NCBI GenBank assembly: GCA_965279515.1
Contig: CBDIID010000003.1
Span: 2,432,001-2,496,000, forward strand
DNA from: Turneriella sp.
Lineage (GTDB): Bacteria; Spirochaetota; Leptospiria; Turneriellales; Turneriellaceae
Reading direction: 5' to 3'
DNA length: 64,000 bases
The notes beneath the pieces are model-generated. The model made no database searches. It worked only from the letters and a program-made list of their open reading frames with translations, and was not told the DNA's origin. Position 1 is the stretch's first letter; each line of letters opens with the position of its first letter. Shown piece by piece: positions 53,700-63,299 of the stretch. Both the position numbers and the translations under genes were made by a program.

Positions 53700-54925
53700 T
53701 TCGCCCCCGCTTTGCCGAGCATTTCCACGATATCATTGCGCCCTTTGCGGCGCGCGGCTTCGATTGCCGTAAAGCCATCCCAGGTCTTGATGTTGACGTT
53801 TGCGCCAGCTGCAATCAGGTCGGCGAGAATTTCGCTGTGGCCCTCTTGTGCGGCATATAGCTGGGCGGTAAAACCGTACAGATCTTGCAGCGCACTGTTG
53901 GCCTTGCGGGCAATGAGCGCCTTCAGGGGTAATGCGCGCGCTTTGAATGCTGCCTGAATCAGAGGTGTCTTACCGCCGCCGATGCGGAAGTTCACGTCGG
54001 GCGCAACCTGGATAATCGCCACGGCAGTTGTGTCGTTGGCAAAGTTGATGGCATCCATGATATCGGCCTGATAGTCAGCGCCTGCTTTAATCAGAATCTC
54101 AGCAAGTGCGGTATGCCCCGCAGCTGCGGCAATAGCGAGCGGCGTGATATCGCCGCGGTCGCGCGCATTGACATCCGAAATCAATGCCATCTCCGAATTT
54201 TTCAGGCGGATGGCAAATTCGGCCGACGTATAATCTTTGATGCGGCTGACAATTTCCGCCGCGACCTGATTCAAGGCATCGAAGATATTGACGTCGAGGC
54301 TCGCGGTGATCTGGCTTTCGACGATAAGTTTTTTATCGGCGGGCGTAAAAACCTGTGTCGTAATGACAGCCTGTTTGCCGCCGGGAAGTGAGGTATACGA
54401 GCCGCTGATGATTACAGCTGCCTGGGTTTTTTCTCCCAGCTGGGTCAGTAGTTCGGGAGTATATTCGGTTTTCTTACCGATGACGCTGTCAGCCGCTTTT
54501 TGGGTCTGCTTTTCCGCTTTGCGTTTGAACTCAAAATTCTCGGCCATGAGCCCCTGTATCGCATCGGGCAGGCTGGCGCCGATCCAGCCATAATTTTTCG
54601 AACCGGTGTTGTTGAGGTAGTTCAGAATCGCGACACCTTCACGACTGGATTTTTTTGCCGCGAGCACAGCCTTGGGTTGCAGCAGCGCTTTCACCGCATC
54701 GGCATTCCCCGAAGCTGCGGCGAGATGCAGAGGCGTACGGCCACGCTCATCCTTCGCCAACGGATCTCCACCAGCGAGGACAGCCTGTTCGATACCTGCG
54801 GCATCGCCGGCGGTGGCGGCTTTTTTCAGGTCGGCGGTGGGGCCGGTCTCGGCAATCTTTTGTGTGCTGGAGCAACTGAGGATAAAGAGCCAAAACAATG
54901 TGGTGGGCAAGTAAATAGCGCGCAT
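53696..54925 (-). CDS. Ankyrin-repeat lipoprotein with inserted alpha/beta (FlgO/TolB-N-like) domain
   Basis: Lipobox ILSC; GRTPLHLAA, DITPLAIAA, GKTPLIQAA and GFTAQLYAA ankyrin repeats; central VAILNYLNNTG...IISGSY domain. Confidence 0.8.
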   Translation of the reverse strand: MRAIYLPTTLFWLFILSCSSTQKIAETGPTADLKKAATAGDAAGIEQAVLAGGDPLAKDERGRTPLHLAAASGNADAVKALLQPKAVLAAKKSSREGVAILNYLNNTGSKNYGWIGASLPDAIQGLMAENFEFKRKAEKQTQKAADSVIGKKTEYTPELLTQLGEKTQAAVIISGSYTSLPGGKQAVITTQVFTPADKKLIVESQITASLDVNIFDALNQVAAEIVSRIKDYTSAEFAIRLKNSEMALISDVNARDRGDITPLAIAAAAGHTALAEILIKAGADYQADIMDAINFANDTTAVAIIQVAPDVNFRIGGGKTPLIQAAFKARALPLKALIARKANSALQDLYGFTAQLYAAQEGHSEILADLIAAGANVNIKTWDGFTAIEAARRKGRNDIVEMLGKAGAK

Positions 54926-54990
54926 ACAGCAGTGCGGGGGTCAAAAAACACAGCGTCAAGCCGTCTCCGCGGGAAAAAAATCGCAAAATC

Positions 54991-55017
54991 TGTCACAAAC
55001 GGAAATCTCTTGTATCT
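54991..55017 (+). promoter_or_regulatory. Candidate ECF-sigma promoter
   Basis: TGTCACA-N16-ATCT about 10 nt before the DUF1304-ECF operon ATG; resembles the ECF41-type TGTCACA-N16-CGTC. Confidence 0.35.
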
Positions 55018-55026
55018 AACTTTGTA

Positions 55027-55401
55027 ATGAAAACAACAGCAAACATTCTCACCGGCTTCGTGGCCTTCATCCACTGCTACATTCTGGTGCTCGAAAGCTT
55101 TCTCTGGAAAAGTGCCTATGGCATGAAAACCTTCCAGCTCACCCCAGAACGCGCCGAACTGACAGCCGTCATGGCACAGAACCAGGGCGCGTACAACGGC
55201 GTCTTAGCCGTGGGCCTGATCTGGAGCTTCTTCGTCGCAAACCCTGAATGGAAGCGCAACATCCGCACATTCTTTTTGCTCGCCGTCTTTGCGATGGGCC
55301 TTGTCGGCGCTGCCACAGCGATGGTAAAGATTCTGTTCATCCAGTCGGTGCCGGCTCTTCTGGCGCTCATTGTGGTGAGACTGGCATACCGCAAAGCCTG
55401 A
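55027..55401 (+). CDS. DUF1304-domain membrane protein
   Basis: HCYILVLESFLW, NQGAYNGVLAVGL and ILFIQSVPA motifs. Confidence 0.85.
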   Translation: MKTTANILTGFVAFIHCYILVLESFLWKSAYGMKTFQLTPERAELTAVMAQNQGAYNGVLAVGLIWSFFVANPEWKRNIRTFFLLAVFAMGLVGAATAMVKILFIQSVPALLALIVVRLAYRKA

Positions 55402-55406
55402 ATAAC

Positions 55407-56237
55407 GTGAGTTGGATTGATACCGGCAACGACGAAGTTTTAGCCGCGGTCGGGGGTAACTCCGCCGCGCTCGAACGCATTCTGCAAGCGACGCAGGAAC
55501 CGGTATACAATCTCGCCTTAAGATTCCTCTGGCACCCGCAAGACGCGCAGGACGCGACACAGGAAATTCTCATCCGCATCATGACGAATCTTTCGGCGTT
55601 CCGCGGCGAGAGCCAGTTCGGTACCTGGGCCTACCGCATCGCGGTGAACCATTTGCTGCGCGCGAAAAAGTCGCGCGCGGAGCGGCGTGAAATTTCTTTC
55701 CGCGGCACTGCGATCGAAATGCAAAAACTCGATCCCGAACCGCTCGGCGAAAACGACGCCGACCGCATTTACGATATCAAGATCGCCTGTACGAATGGCA
55801 TCCTACTGGCGCTCAGCCGCAACTACCGCATCGCTTTTGTGCTCGGCGCTGTGATGGAAATGAAGAGCGAAACGGCGGCCGACATACTCGGTATCTCGGC
55901 GGCAAGTTTCAGGCAGCGCCTCAAGCGTGCGCGCACCGCGATGGCAGAATTTCTCGGCAGGCAATGCGGTCTTGTAAATTCTGCGGCCGCCTGCCGTTGT
56001 AGCAAGCGTGTGCGACCCGCAATGCAGCGCGGCGCAATCGAACCTTACATTGCTCTGGCCGCAAGTATGAAACGCAGCGGCGAATTTCAGACGATTGAGA
56101 AAAACCTGAGCGGCGAAATCTCAACCATCGAACGTACCGTCATGCTCTACCGACAAAATGCGGAATACCGCTCACCGGAAATCCTGAACCGCAAGGTGCG
56201 CCAGGTGCTCTCCGGAAATCTATTCGCCTCTGAATAA
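55407..56237 (+). CDS. ECF-family RNA polymerase sigma factor with Cys-rich C-terminal extension
   Basis: GTG start at 55407; region 2 DAQDATQEILI and FGTWAYRIAVN; region 4 RIAFVL...AADILGIS...RLKRAR; then CGLVNSAAACRC. Confidence 0.88.
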   Translation: MSWIDTGNDEVLAAVGGNSAALERILQATQEPVYNLALRFLWHPQDAQDATQEILIRIMTNLSAFRGESQFGTWAYRIAVNHLLRAKKSRAERREISFRGTAIEMQKLDPEPLGENDADRIYDIKIACTNGILLALSRNYRIAFVLGAVMEMKSETAADILGISAASFRQRLKRARTAMAEFLGRQCGLVNSAAACRCSKRVRPAMQRGAIEPYIALAASMKRSGEFQTIEKNLSGEISTIERTVMLYRQNAEYRSPEILNRKVRQVLSGNLFASE

Positions 56238-56309
56238 ACCTGAACGATTGTTCATTTTTATCTTTACAAAGAGTCACCACCGGTTCCGAATGTGCCGGAG
56301 GACAAACCG

Positions 56310-57329
56310 ATGAGCGCAACACTTACCCTCAGTGAAAAAGACCGCGGCAGTAAAATTATCCAGTGGATTCGTTTTACCGACAAGCGGCTGAGGCGCAGGC
56401 ATCCCTTTCTCACGCGTTTTCAAAACCAGATCGGTCTCGCAATCACGCTAGGCTCTGCGGCGGGTATGATCGGCTTTGCGGCTCTCTACATTGTGGGATG
56501 GATTCCCGCGTGGCTGTGCATCACCGCGAATGCGGTCTTCGCCTCATTTCTGCACGAGATGGAACACGATCTCATCCATTCGCTATACTATAAAGAGAAT
56601 CTGAAGATGCAGAACTTTTTGTTCTGGATGGTGTGGCTATTCCGCGCGAACGTGGTCAATCCCTGGTTCCGGAAGGAAATCCACCTATTGCATCACCGTG
56701 TTTCAGGCAATAAAGAAGATGTCGAAGAGCGTTATATTTCGAATGGCATGCCGTTTGGTTTGAAGCGCCTCATGGTGATGCTCGACCCGATCATGGCGCT
56801 GAAATTTCAGGGGCCGCCGATCAAACGCGATGCAATTCTGCAACTGCGCAAAATCAAGGCGCCGCACAAAATTGGCCCGGTGCGCGAGATCTTCATGCTG
56901 CTCTGGTACTCATTCTTAATCTTCAGTCTCGTGCGCCTCGGCTTTTGGATTGCTGGTATGCAAATGCCTCTGCCTGCATGGGCGAATACTGCCGCAAATA
57001 TTCTCAATACGGCCGCCGTTGTTTACCTCATCCCATGCTGGCTGAGGCAAACTGCGATCCAGATTGTTTCATCCAACATGCACTACTACGGGGGCATTGA
57101 CTCGCTGTACCGGCAGACCCAGGTTCTGGATTCATGGCTGGTCTTGCCGCTGCACGTGTTCTGTTTCAATTTCGGGGCGACGCATGGTATTCACCACTTT
57201 GTCGTCAATCAGCCATTCTACCTGCGGCAATGGACGGCTCCGTACGTGCGGCCAGCGATGCGCAAGTACGGTGTGCGTTTCAACGATTTTAAGAGCATGC
57301 TGCATGCGAACCGCTGGCAAGAGGCCTGA
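56310..57329 (+). CDS. Membrane fatty acid desaturase family protein
   Basis: His boxes HEMEHDLIH, HLLHH and HGIHH; RBS GGAGG before the ATG at 56310. Confidence 0.88.
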   Translation: MSATLTLSEKDRGSKIIQWIRFTDKRLRRRHPFLTRFQNQIGLAITLGSAAGMIGFAALYIVGWIPAWLCITANAVFASFLHEMEHDLIHSLYYKENLKMQNFLFWMVWLFRANVVNPWFRKEIHLLHHRVSGNKEDVEERYISNGMPFGLKRLMVMLDPIMALKFQGPPIKRDAILQLRKIKAPHKIGPVREIFMLLWYSFLIFSLVRLGFWIAGMQMPLPAWANTAANILNTAAVVYLIPCWLRQTAIQIVSSNMHYYGGIDSLYRQTQVLDSWLVLPLHVFCFNFGATHGIHHFVVNQPFYLRQWTAPYVRPAMRKYGVRFNDFKSMLHANRWQEA

Positions 57330-57368
57330 TTCGCTAAAAGCTCTTTACGCTATCCGTAGCGTCGCGGG

Positions 57369-58307
57369 ATGTCGGCCATGAAGAAAAAGCTACTCATAGG
57401 CCTCGGAACAATCGCCGCGGCTTTCGCGGTTGTTTATTTCTTTTTCCCGGGCACGCTGTTCGGTGTGGTTGCGAAACTCGAACGCAACCGCGCCAACGTC
57501 ACTGTGAAGAAAATCGACGCGGGCGGCTGGCATACCCCGTACATCGAAGGTGGCCAGGGTGAGCATGTCATATTACTCCACGGTTTTGGCGGCGACAAAG
57601 ACACCTTCACCCGCTTTGCCCGGTTTTTGACGCCCAAATACCATGTCGTGAGCCCCGATCTGCCGGGCTTCGGCGAGAACGAACGCCGGCCGAGTGAGAA
57701 ATACTCCATAGCCGATCAGGCAAAACGCGTGCTGGCATTTGCTGCCGAACTCAAACTCGAAAAATTCCATCTCGTGGGTAACTCCATGGGCGGCCATCTC
57801 GCTGGTATTATCGCCGCCGATGCACCCGGCAAAGTTCTTTCGCTGACACTCATCGATAATGCCGGCATCCATGCGCCGCGGCCATCAGAGCGCGACGAGC
57901 TACTGAAGCAGGGCAAGAACGCGCTCGTCGTCGATTCCGAAGAGGATTTCGACCGGCTCATGGATTTTCTGTTCTTCAAACGGCCGTTTATTCCGAGGCC
58001 AATCAAAAAATATTTTGCCCAACGGGCGCTGGCGAGCCGCGAATTTAACCTGAAAATCTTTAAAGACCTGGGAGAAGATAAGTTCTACCTCGAAAAACGT
58101 TTCGCCGATATCAAGGCCCCCATCTTAGTGATCTGGGGCGACCACGACCGCGTGCTCGAAATCTCGAGCATCGACGTCATGAAAAAGATCAATCCCGCGA
58201 TCGAGGTCAAAATCATGAAAGACTGCGGCCACACGCCGCAGATCGAACGCCCTGAAGAAGCCGCGCAGCTGACGGAAAAATTCATGGCACAGACCCGCGC
58301 ACATTGA
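57369..58307 (+). CDS. Alpha/beta-fold hydrolase (lipase/esterase)
   Basis: LLHGFGG, PDLPGFG, GNSMGG nucleophile elbow, WGDHD and CGH motifs. Confidence 0.92.
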   Translation: MSAMKKKLLIGLGTIAAAFAVVYFFFPGTLFGVVAKLERNRANVTVKKIDAGGWHTPYIEGGQGEHVILLHGFGGDKDTFTRFARFLTPKYHVVSPDLPGFGENERRPSEKYSIADQAKRVLAFAAELKLEKFHLVGNSMGGHLAGIIAADAPGKVLSLTLIDNAGIHAPRPSERDELLKQGKNALVVDSEEDFDRLMDFLFFKRPFIPRPIKKYFAQRALASREFNLKIFKDLGEDKFYLEKRFADIKAPILVIWGDHDRVLEISSIDVMKKINPAIEVKIMKDCGHTPQIERPEEAAQLTEKFMAQTRAH

Positions 58308-60841
58308 AACCGGTAACCGTCACTTCGGCAACCCCGGTATTTTCTGCGCAGCCTGCCGCAGAGGTACTGGCACAGCTCGAGACCCGCAGTGATGGGCTGA
58401 CCAGCAGCGAGGCGACTGAACGCCTCAGCCGGTTCGGGGCAAACCGCCTCAAGCCGAAAAAAAATTCGCAGAGCCTGGCTATCCTCATCGGGCAATTCAA
58501 AAGCCCAATCATTATCATCTTATTATGCGCAACGATACTCTCATTCGTGTTGCGCAACCCCGTCGATGCGTTGATTATTCTCACCATCGTGATCGCCAGC
58601 GGCTTTATGGGCTTCTGGCAAGAGCGCGGCGCGTCGAATGCCGTCGCGAAACTGCTGGCGATGGTGCAGATCAGGGCGACAGCGCTGCGTGACGGGGCAC
58701 CGGTCGAGATTCACGTGGAAGACATTGTGCCCGGTGACGTCGTCAAACTCAATGCCGGGGATATCGTGCCCGGCGATTGCCTGCTCATTGAATCCAAAGA
58801 TATTTTCGCCGACGAGGGTACACTGACGGGCGAGACCTTTCCCGTAGAGAAATCCCCGGCGACCGTCACGGCGCAGACGCCGCTCTCGCAGCGCAGCAAT
58901 ACGCTGTGGATGGGTACACATATCGTCAGCGGCACGGGGCGCGCCGTGGTTGTACATACGGGTAAGGATACCGAGTTCGGCCGCATCTCCGAGCGGCTGC
59001 AGAGCAAGCCACCCGAAACCGATTTTGAACGCGGTATCCGCAGGTTCGGCTACCTGCTCGGTGAAGTCACGCTGATTCTCGTCGTTGTAATCTTTGCCAT
59101 CAACGTCTACTTCGAGCGGCCCGTGCTCGAATCGTTTCTGTTTTCCCTGGCGCTGGCGGTGGGGCTCACGCCGCAGCTCTTACCCGCGATTATCAGCGTC
59201 AACCTCGCGCATGGCGCAAAAAAAATGGCGGAAAAAAACGTCATCGTCAAACGGCTGTCTTCGATCGAGAATTTCGGCAGCATGAATATACTCTGCTCCG
59301 ATAAGACCGGCACACTCACGGAAGGTGTAGTTCACCTGAAAGCCGCGCTCGATACAAACGGAAGCGCCAGCGAGCGCGTCTTTCTCTACGCCTACATCAA
59401 TGCGTTTTATGAAAGCGGTTTTACGAACCCCATCGATACCGCGATCCGCAGCCATAAAACTCTCGACCTGACAGCCTACCCCAAGGTGGATGAAATTCCC
59501 TATGATTTTATTCGCAAACGCCTGAGCATCGTCGTCACCCACGAAAACAAGCGCCTGATGGCTACCAAGGGGGCATTGGCCAACATTCTGGAAGCCTGCA
59601 GCTTTGCGGAGGTTAAGGGCGGCGGCGTTGTTCCTATTGACTCTGTGCGGGAAAATATCGATCAGCAGTTCTCTGATTTCAGCGCACAGGGATTCCGCAC
59701 GCTGGGAATCGCTTTCAAGGAACTGCCCGATGAAGACGGCATCCAGAAAGACGATGAAAGCGGTATGACCTTTCTGGGTTTCCTTACATTATTCGATCCG
59801 CCGAAAGAAAATATCGTCGAGACCATTGCGGACCTCAGGGGTCTCGGCGTTTCGCTGAAAGTCATTACGGGGGATAACCGTCTCGTGGCGCAAAGCCTCT
59901 GCGCGAAGATGGGCCTCTCGCATGTAAATCTCGTCACGGGTTCAGACTTGCGTGACATGGGCGACGACGCTCTCGTGAACCGCGTCAGGGACACCGATAT
60001 CTTCGCGGAAATCGAACCCAACCAAAAAGAGCGGATTATCCTCGCGATTCGTAAGGGCGGTCATGTCGTGGGTTACATCGGCGACGGCATCAACGACGCT
60101 GCGGCGCTGCATGCCGCCGATGTCGGCATCTCTGTCGATACCGCGGCCGACGTCGCTAAAGACGCGGCCGACATCGTACTGCTCGAAAAAACCCTCGATG
60201 TTCTGATCGCCGGCGTGCGCGAAGGGCGCACCGTGTTTGCGAATACGCTGAAGTATGTCTTCATGGCAACCAGCGCCAACTTCGGCAATATGTTTAGCAT
60301 GGCAGGTCTTTCGTTTTTTATACCGTTTCTGCCGCTTTTGCCGAAACAGATTCTGCTCACGAACCTGCTCACAGACTTTCCCGAAATGACGATCGCCACT
60401 GACCGTGTCGATGAAGAGATGATCAACCACCCGCGCCGCTGGGACATCAAGGCAATCCGCAAGTTTATGATCACCTTTGGCCTCGTCAGTTCCATCTTTG
60501 ATTACCTGACATTTGGCCTGCTGCTGCTTTTTCTGCGTGCCAGCGAAATTGAATTCAGGACCGGATGGTTTGTCGAATCCGTTGTTTCGGCTTCACTGAT
60601 TGTGCTCATCATACGCACACCAAAGCCGTTCTTCAAAAGCCCGCCGGGCAAATACCTGCTGCTTGCAACGCTCGCCACGGTCGCAGTGACAGTAACGCTA
60701 CCCTTTACACCGATCGCGCCCTTTTTCGGCTTTGCTCCCCTCAGCCTCAAAACATATGCGTATCTCTTTTTAATAGTCATTGCGTATTTCGCCGTCGCTG
60801 AAGTCGTGAAGACGATTTTCTACCGCCGGGTACGGCTTTAA
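58304..60841 (+). CDS. mgtA: Magnesium-translocating P-type ATPase (MgtA-like)
   Basis: TGE, LAVGLTPQLLP, DKTGTLT, TGDN, GDGIND and SANFGNMFS motifs. Confidence 0.85.
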   Translation: MKPVTVTSATPVFSAQPAAEVLAQLETRSDGLTSSEATERLSRFGANRLKPKKNSQSLAILIGQFKSPIIIILLCATILSFVLRNPVDALIILTIVIASGFMGFWQERGASNAVAKLLAMVQIRATALRDGAPVEIHVEDIVPGDVVKLNAGDIVPGDCLLIESKDIFADEGTLTGETFPVEKSPATVTAQTPLSQRSNTLWMGTHIVSGTGRAVVVHTGKDTEFGRISERLQSKPPETDFERGIRRFGYLLGEVTLILVVVIFAINVYFERPVLESFLFSLALAVGLTPQLLPAIISVNLAHGAKKMAEKNVIVKRLSSIENFGSMNILCSDKTGTLTEGVVHLKAALDTNGSASERVFLYAYINAFYESGFTNPIDTAIRSHKTLDLTAYPKVDEIPYDFIRKRLSIVVTHENKRLMATKGALANILEACSFAEVKGGGVVPIDSVRENIDQQFSDFSAQGFRTLGIAFKELPDEDGIQKDDESGMTFLGFLTLFDPPKENIVETIADLRGLGVSLKVITGDNRLVAQSLCAKMGLSHVNLVTGSDLRDMGDDALVNRVRDTDIFAEIEPNQKERIILAIRKGGHVVGYIGDGINDAAALHAADVGISVDTAADVAKDAADIVLLEKTLDVLIAGVREGRTVFANTLKYVFMATSANFGNMFSMAGLSFFIPFLPLLPKQILLTNLLTDFPEMTIATDRVDEEMINHPRRWDIKAIRKFMITFGLVSSIFDYLTFGLLLLFLRASEIEFRTGWFVESVVSASLIVLIIRTPKPFFKSPPGKYLLLATLATVAVTVTLPFTPIAPFFGFAPLSLKTYAYLFLIVIAYFAVAEVVKTIFYRRVRL

Positions 60842-60877
60842 TAACCAGCGCGAGACAGCGATAGGAATGCGTTCAGG

Positions 60878-61378
60878 TTACCAATAGCTTTCTATAGCAA
60901 AGTATGCGCAGCTTAAGTTACGGTAAAACGGCCTGGCACGAGCGTTCACGGCAAAGATTTCTATACTTTCGGTGAAACGGATGCCTTCCCACGTTAGTTC
61001 CGCATTTGTAACAAAATGCCAGCTGTGTTTTTCCATAGCTAATGTCACAAGATATAGCTCAATCGCCAGCCGGACAAACGCCGTGATTGTCAAACCCAGC
61101 TCCATCGCCGCGAGACGAATAATCTTTTCATCCTCTCCATAAAGACACATCATATGGCGGTGCATATCCTGCGCGATAGCAAGCCCCTCCTTAACACCCG
61201 TCTCAACTTGACGCAGCTTGGGCGTCCAGCGCAAGGAGCACTTATGCGCTAAGCGCATAGTGCAATAGCGTGTTATCGTTGAGTAGGTACGGCGGCGTTG
61301 CCATGAGGTCAGCTTAATCCGGTTCCAATGGATGGGAGCCAAACATACTTCGAGAAGGTGGGTGAAAAGATGCGCCAC
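60878..61378 (-). CDS. Hypothetical protein (possible ribbon-helix-helix-like segments)
   Basis: 166-aa ORF filling the gap; EKIIRLAAMELGLTITAFVRLAI resembles RHH helices. Confidence 0.45.
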   Translation of the reverse strand: MAHLFTHLLEVCLAPIHWNRIKLTSWQRRRTYSTITRYCTMRLAHKCSLRWTPKLRQVETGVKEGLAIAQDMHRHMMCLYGEDEKIIRLAAMELGLTITAFVRLAIELYLVTLAMEKHSWHFVTNAELTWEGIRFTESIEIFAVNARARPFYRNLSCAYFAIESYW

Positions 61379-61442
61379 GATCTTGGCGTGCTTTTCAATT
61401 TTTATTTACGGCGCATCCCGCAGGCAAAAAATAATCCGTCTC

Positions 61443-61526
61443 ATGGTTAACAAACCGCAAGCACTTTGGCTAGTACCTGTAATGGTGGTCGTCGTGGTCG
61501 TGGTTATGCACGCCGTTGGGGCATAG
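61443..61526 (+). CDS. Val-rich attenuator leader peptide of ilvB (IvbL-like), MVNKPQALWLVPVMVVVVVVVMHAVGA
   Basis: 27 codons with 11 Val (7 consecutive) and 2 Leu, ending 78 nt upstream of acetolactate synthase. Confidence 0.85.
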   Translation: MVNKPQALWLVPVMVVVVVVVMHAVGA

Positions 61527-61534
61527 GTAATCTA

Positions 61535-61601
61535 TCCCCGCGGCGCCAGCCAGCGGGGACCCCACACAAACCACCGCTCGCTTGGCCCTCGGGAAAGAGG
61601 G
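61535..61601 (+). promoter_or_regulatory. Attenuator hairpins (TCCCCGC/GCGGGGA and RBS-sequestering CCCTC/GAGGG)
   Basis: Inverted repeats at 61535-61559 and 61586-61601; the second includes the RBS of ilvB; no U-tract. Confidence 0.6.
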
Positions 61602-61604
61602 AAC

Positions 61605-63260
61605 ATGCGTAAAATCAACGGAGCCCAGCTCCTCATTAAATTTCTGGAAAGCGTCGGCGTGCGTTATGTCGCGGGCGTGCCTGGTGGCGCTGCGCTGCCG
61701 CTCTACGATGCGCTCGAAGGCTCGCGTCTCACGCACATTCTCGCGCGCCATGAACAGGGCGCGGGCTTCATCGCCCAAGGCCTCGCGCGCGCTACGGGTT
61801 TTCCCGCTGTCACGTTTGCGACCTCGGGCCCCGGCGCGACGAACCTGGTCACGGCCGTCGCCGATGCCTATGCCGACAGCGTGCCGCTGCTCGCCGTCAC
61901 GGGCCAGGTGCCACGCGCGCTCATCGGCACCGACGCCTTTCAGGAAGTCGATGCCTGCGCGCTTTTCCAGAAGATCACGCGCAAATCTTTTTTCGTAAAT
62001 TCAGCTGCCGAGCTCTATGACATCTTGCCCGAGGCATGGCGCCTGATGACCACGGGGCGTCCGGGGCCGGTGCACATCGATATTCCGAAAGACATTCAAA
62101 AAGAAGAGGTGGATTTACTCCCGTTCGCAAAGCCCAAACCCCGATCTGCGGAGATTGGCCCCGAAAAAATCGCCGAAGCCGCCCGCCGCATTCAGCAGAG
62201 CGCACGCCCGGTTTTTTACACGGGCGGCGGCATTGTCCACGCCGATGCTTCTGCAGTACTCGGCGCCTTTGCGCGCCGGCATCAGGTACCGGTGGTTTCG
62301 AGTCTCATGGGTCTCGGCGCTTTCCCCACCAGCGACCCACTGTTTCTCGGCATGCTCGGCATGCATGCGGCGCCATTCACCAACAGGGTCATGCACGAGG
62401 CCGATTTACTGATCGCCGTCGGCGTACGCTTCGACGACCGCGCGACAGGTAAGCTCGAGAAATTTTGCCCCGACGCGGAAGTGATTCACATCGACATCGA
62501 CGCGCGCGAACTCGGAAAACTGCGCAGGCCCGAACTTGCTATCGAGTGTGATGCCCGCATCGCACTGACAAAAATTTTTGCCGCCATGGAAAATCCGCGG
62601 CCACGCGAGGCCTGGCATGCCCGTATCGGCGGCCTGAGAGCGAGTCACGCGTTGCGCTTTCCCGCCAACGCCGACTCGGGCATGCATTTTATGCGCGAGC
62701 TGGCGCGGCACCTGGGCGGCGACGACTTAGTCGCCACCGACGTCGGCCAACACCAGATGTGGGCGGCGCAGCTTCTGGAGTTTGAAAAACCGCGGCGCTG
62801 GTTCACCTCGGGCGGACTCGGCACGATGGGTTTCGGCCTGCCAACCGCTATCGGCGCCGCGCTGGCGACCGGTGGCCGGCAAAGAATTATCTGTGTTTCG
62901 GGCGACGGCTCGCTGCTGATGAACATCCAGGAAATGGCGACGCTTGTGGAATGGAATCTGCCTGTGAAGATCATTCTCATCGACAACGGCCACCTGGGTC
63001 TTGTGCGTCAGCAGCAGGAACTCTTCTTTCAGAACCGCTTCTCGGCGTGTGAATTTAAGCGGCCAACGGATTTTACGCGGGTCGCGGCCGCATTCGGCAT
63101 CGGCGCCTATGCATACGACGGGGGAAATCCCACTATGCTTGAAGAGTTTTTATCGGCTGATGGGCCCGCGCTCATGCACGTTCGTGTGGCGCGCGAAGAC
63201 AAGGTTTTTCCGATGGTGGCGCCGGGGGCAGGCAACCTCGACATGATTGTCGGGGCATAA
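61605..63260 (+). CDS. ilvB: Acetolactate synthase large (catalytic) subunit
   Basis: GVPGGA, ARHEQGAGF, TSGPGATNL, GRPGPVHIDIPKD, RFDDRATG, DVGQHQMW and GDGS...N ThDP motif. Confidence 0.95.
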   Translation: MRKINGAQLLIKFLESVGVRYVAGVPGGAALPLYDALEGSRLTHILARHEQGAGFIAQGLARATGFPAVTFATSGPGATNLVTAVADAYADSVPLLAVTGQVPRALIGTDAFQEVDACALFQKITRKSFFVNSAAELYDILPEAWRLMTTGRPGPVHIDIPKDIQKEEVDLLPFAKPKPRSAEIGPEKIAEAARRIQQSARPVFYTGGGIVHADASAVLGAFARRHQVPVVSSLMGLGAFPTSDPLFLGMLGMHAAPFTNRVMHEADLLIAVGVRFDDRATGKLEKFCPDAEVIHIDIDARELGKLRRPELAIECDARIALTKIFAAMENPRPREAWHARIGGLRASHALRFPANADSGMHFMRELARHLGGDDLVATDVGQHQMWAAQLLEFEKPRRWFTSGGLGTMGFGLPTAIGAALATGGRQRIICVSGDGSLLMNIQEMATLVEWNLPVKIILIDNGHLGLVRQQQELFFQNRFSACEFKRPTDFTRVAAAFGIGAYAYDGGNPTMLEEFLSADGPALMHVRVAREDKVFPMVAPGAGNLDMIVGA

Positions 63261-63299
63261 ACCGCTGGACTTTCCAGAGTTAGCGTGAAACGTGCTGCC

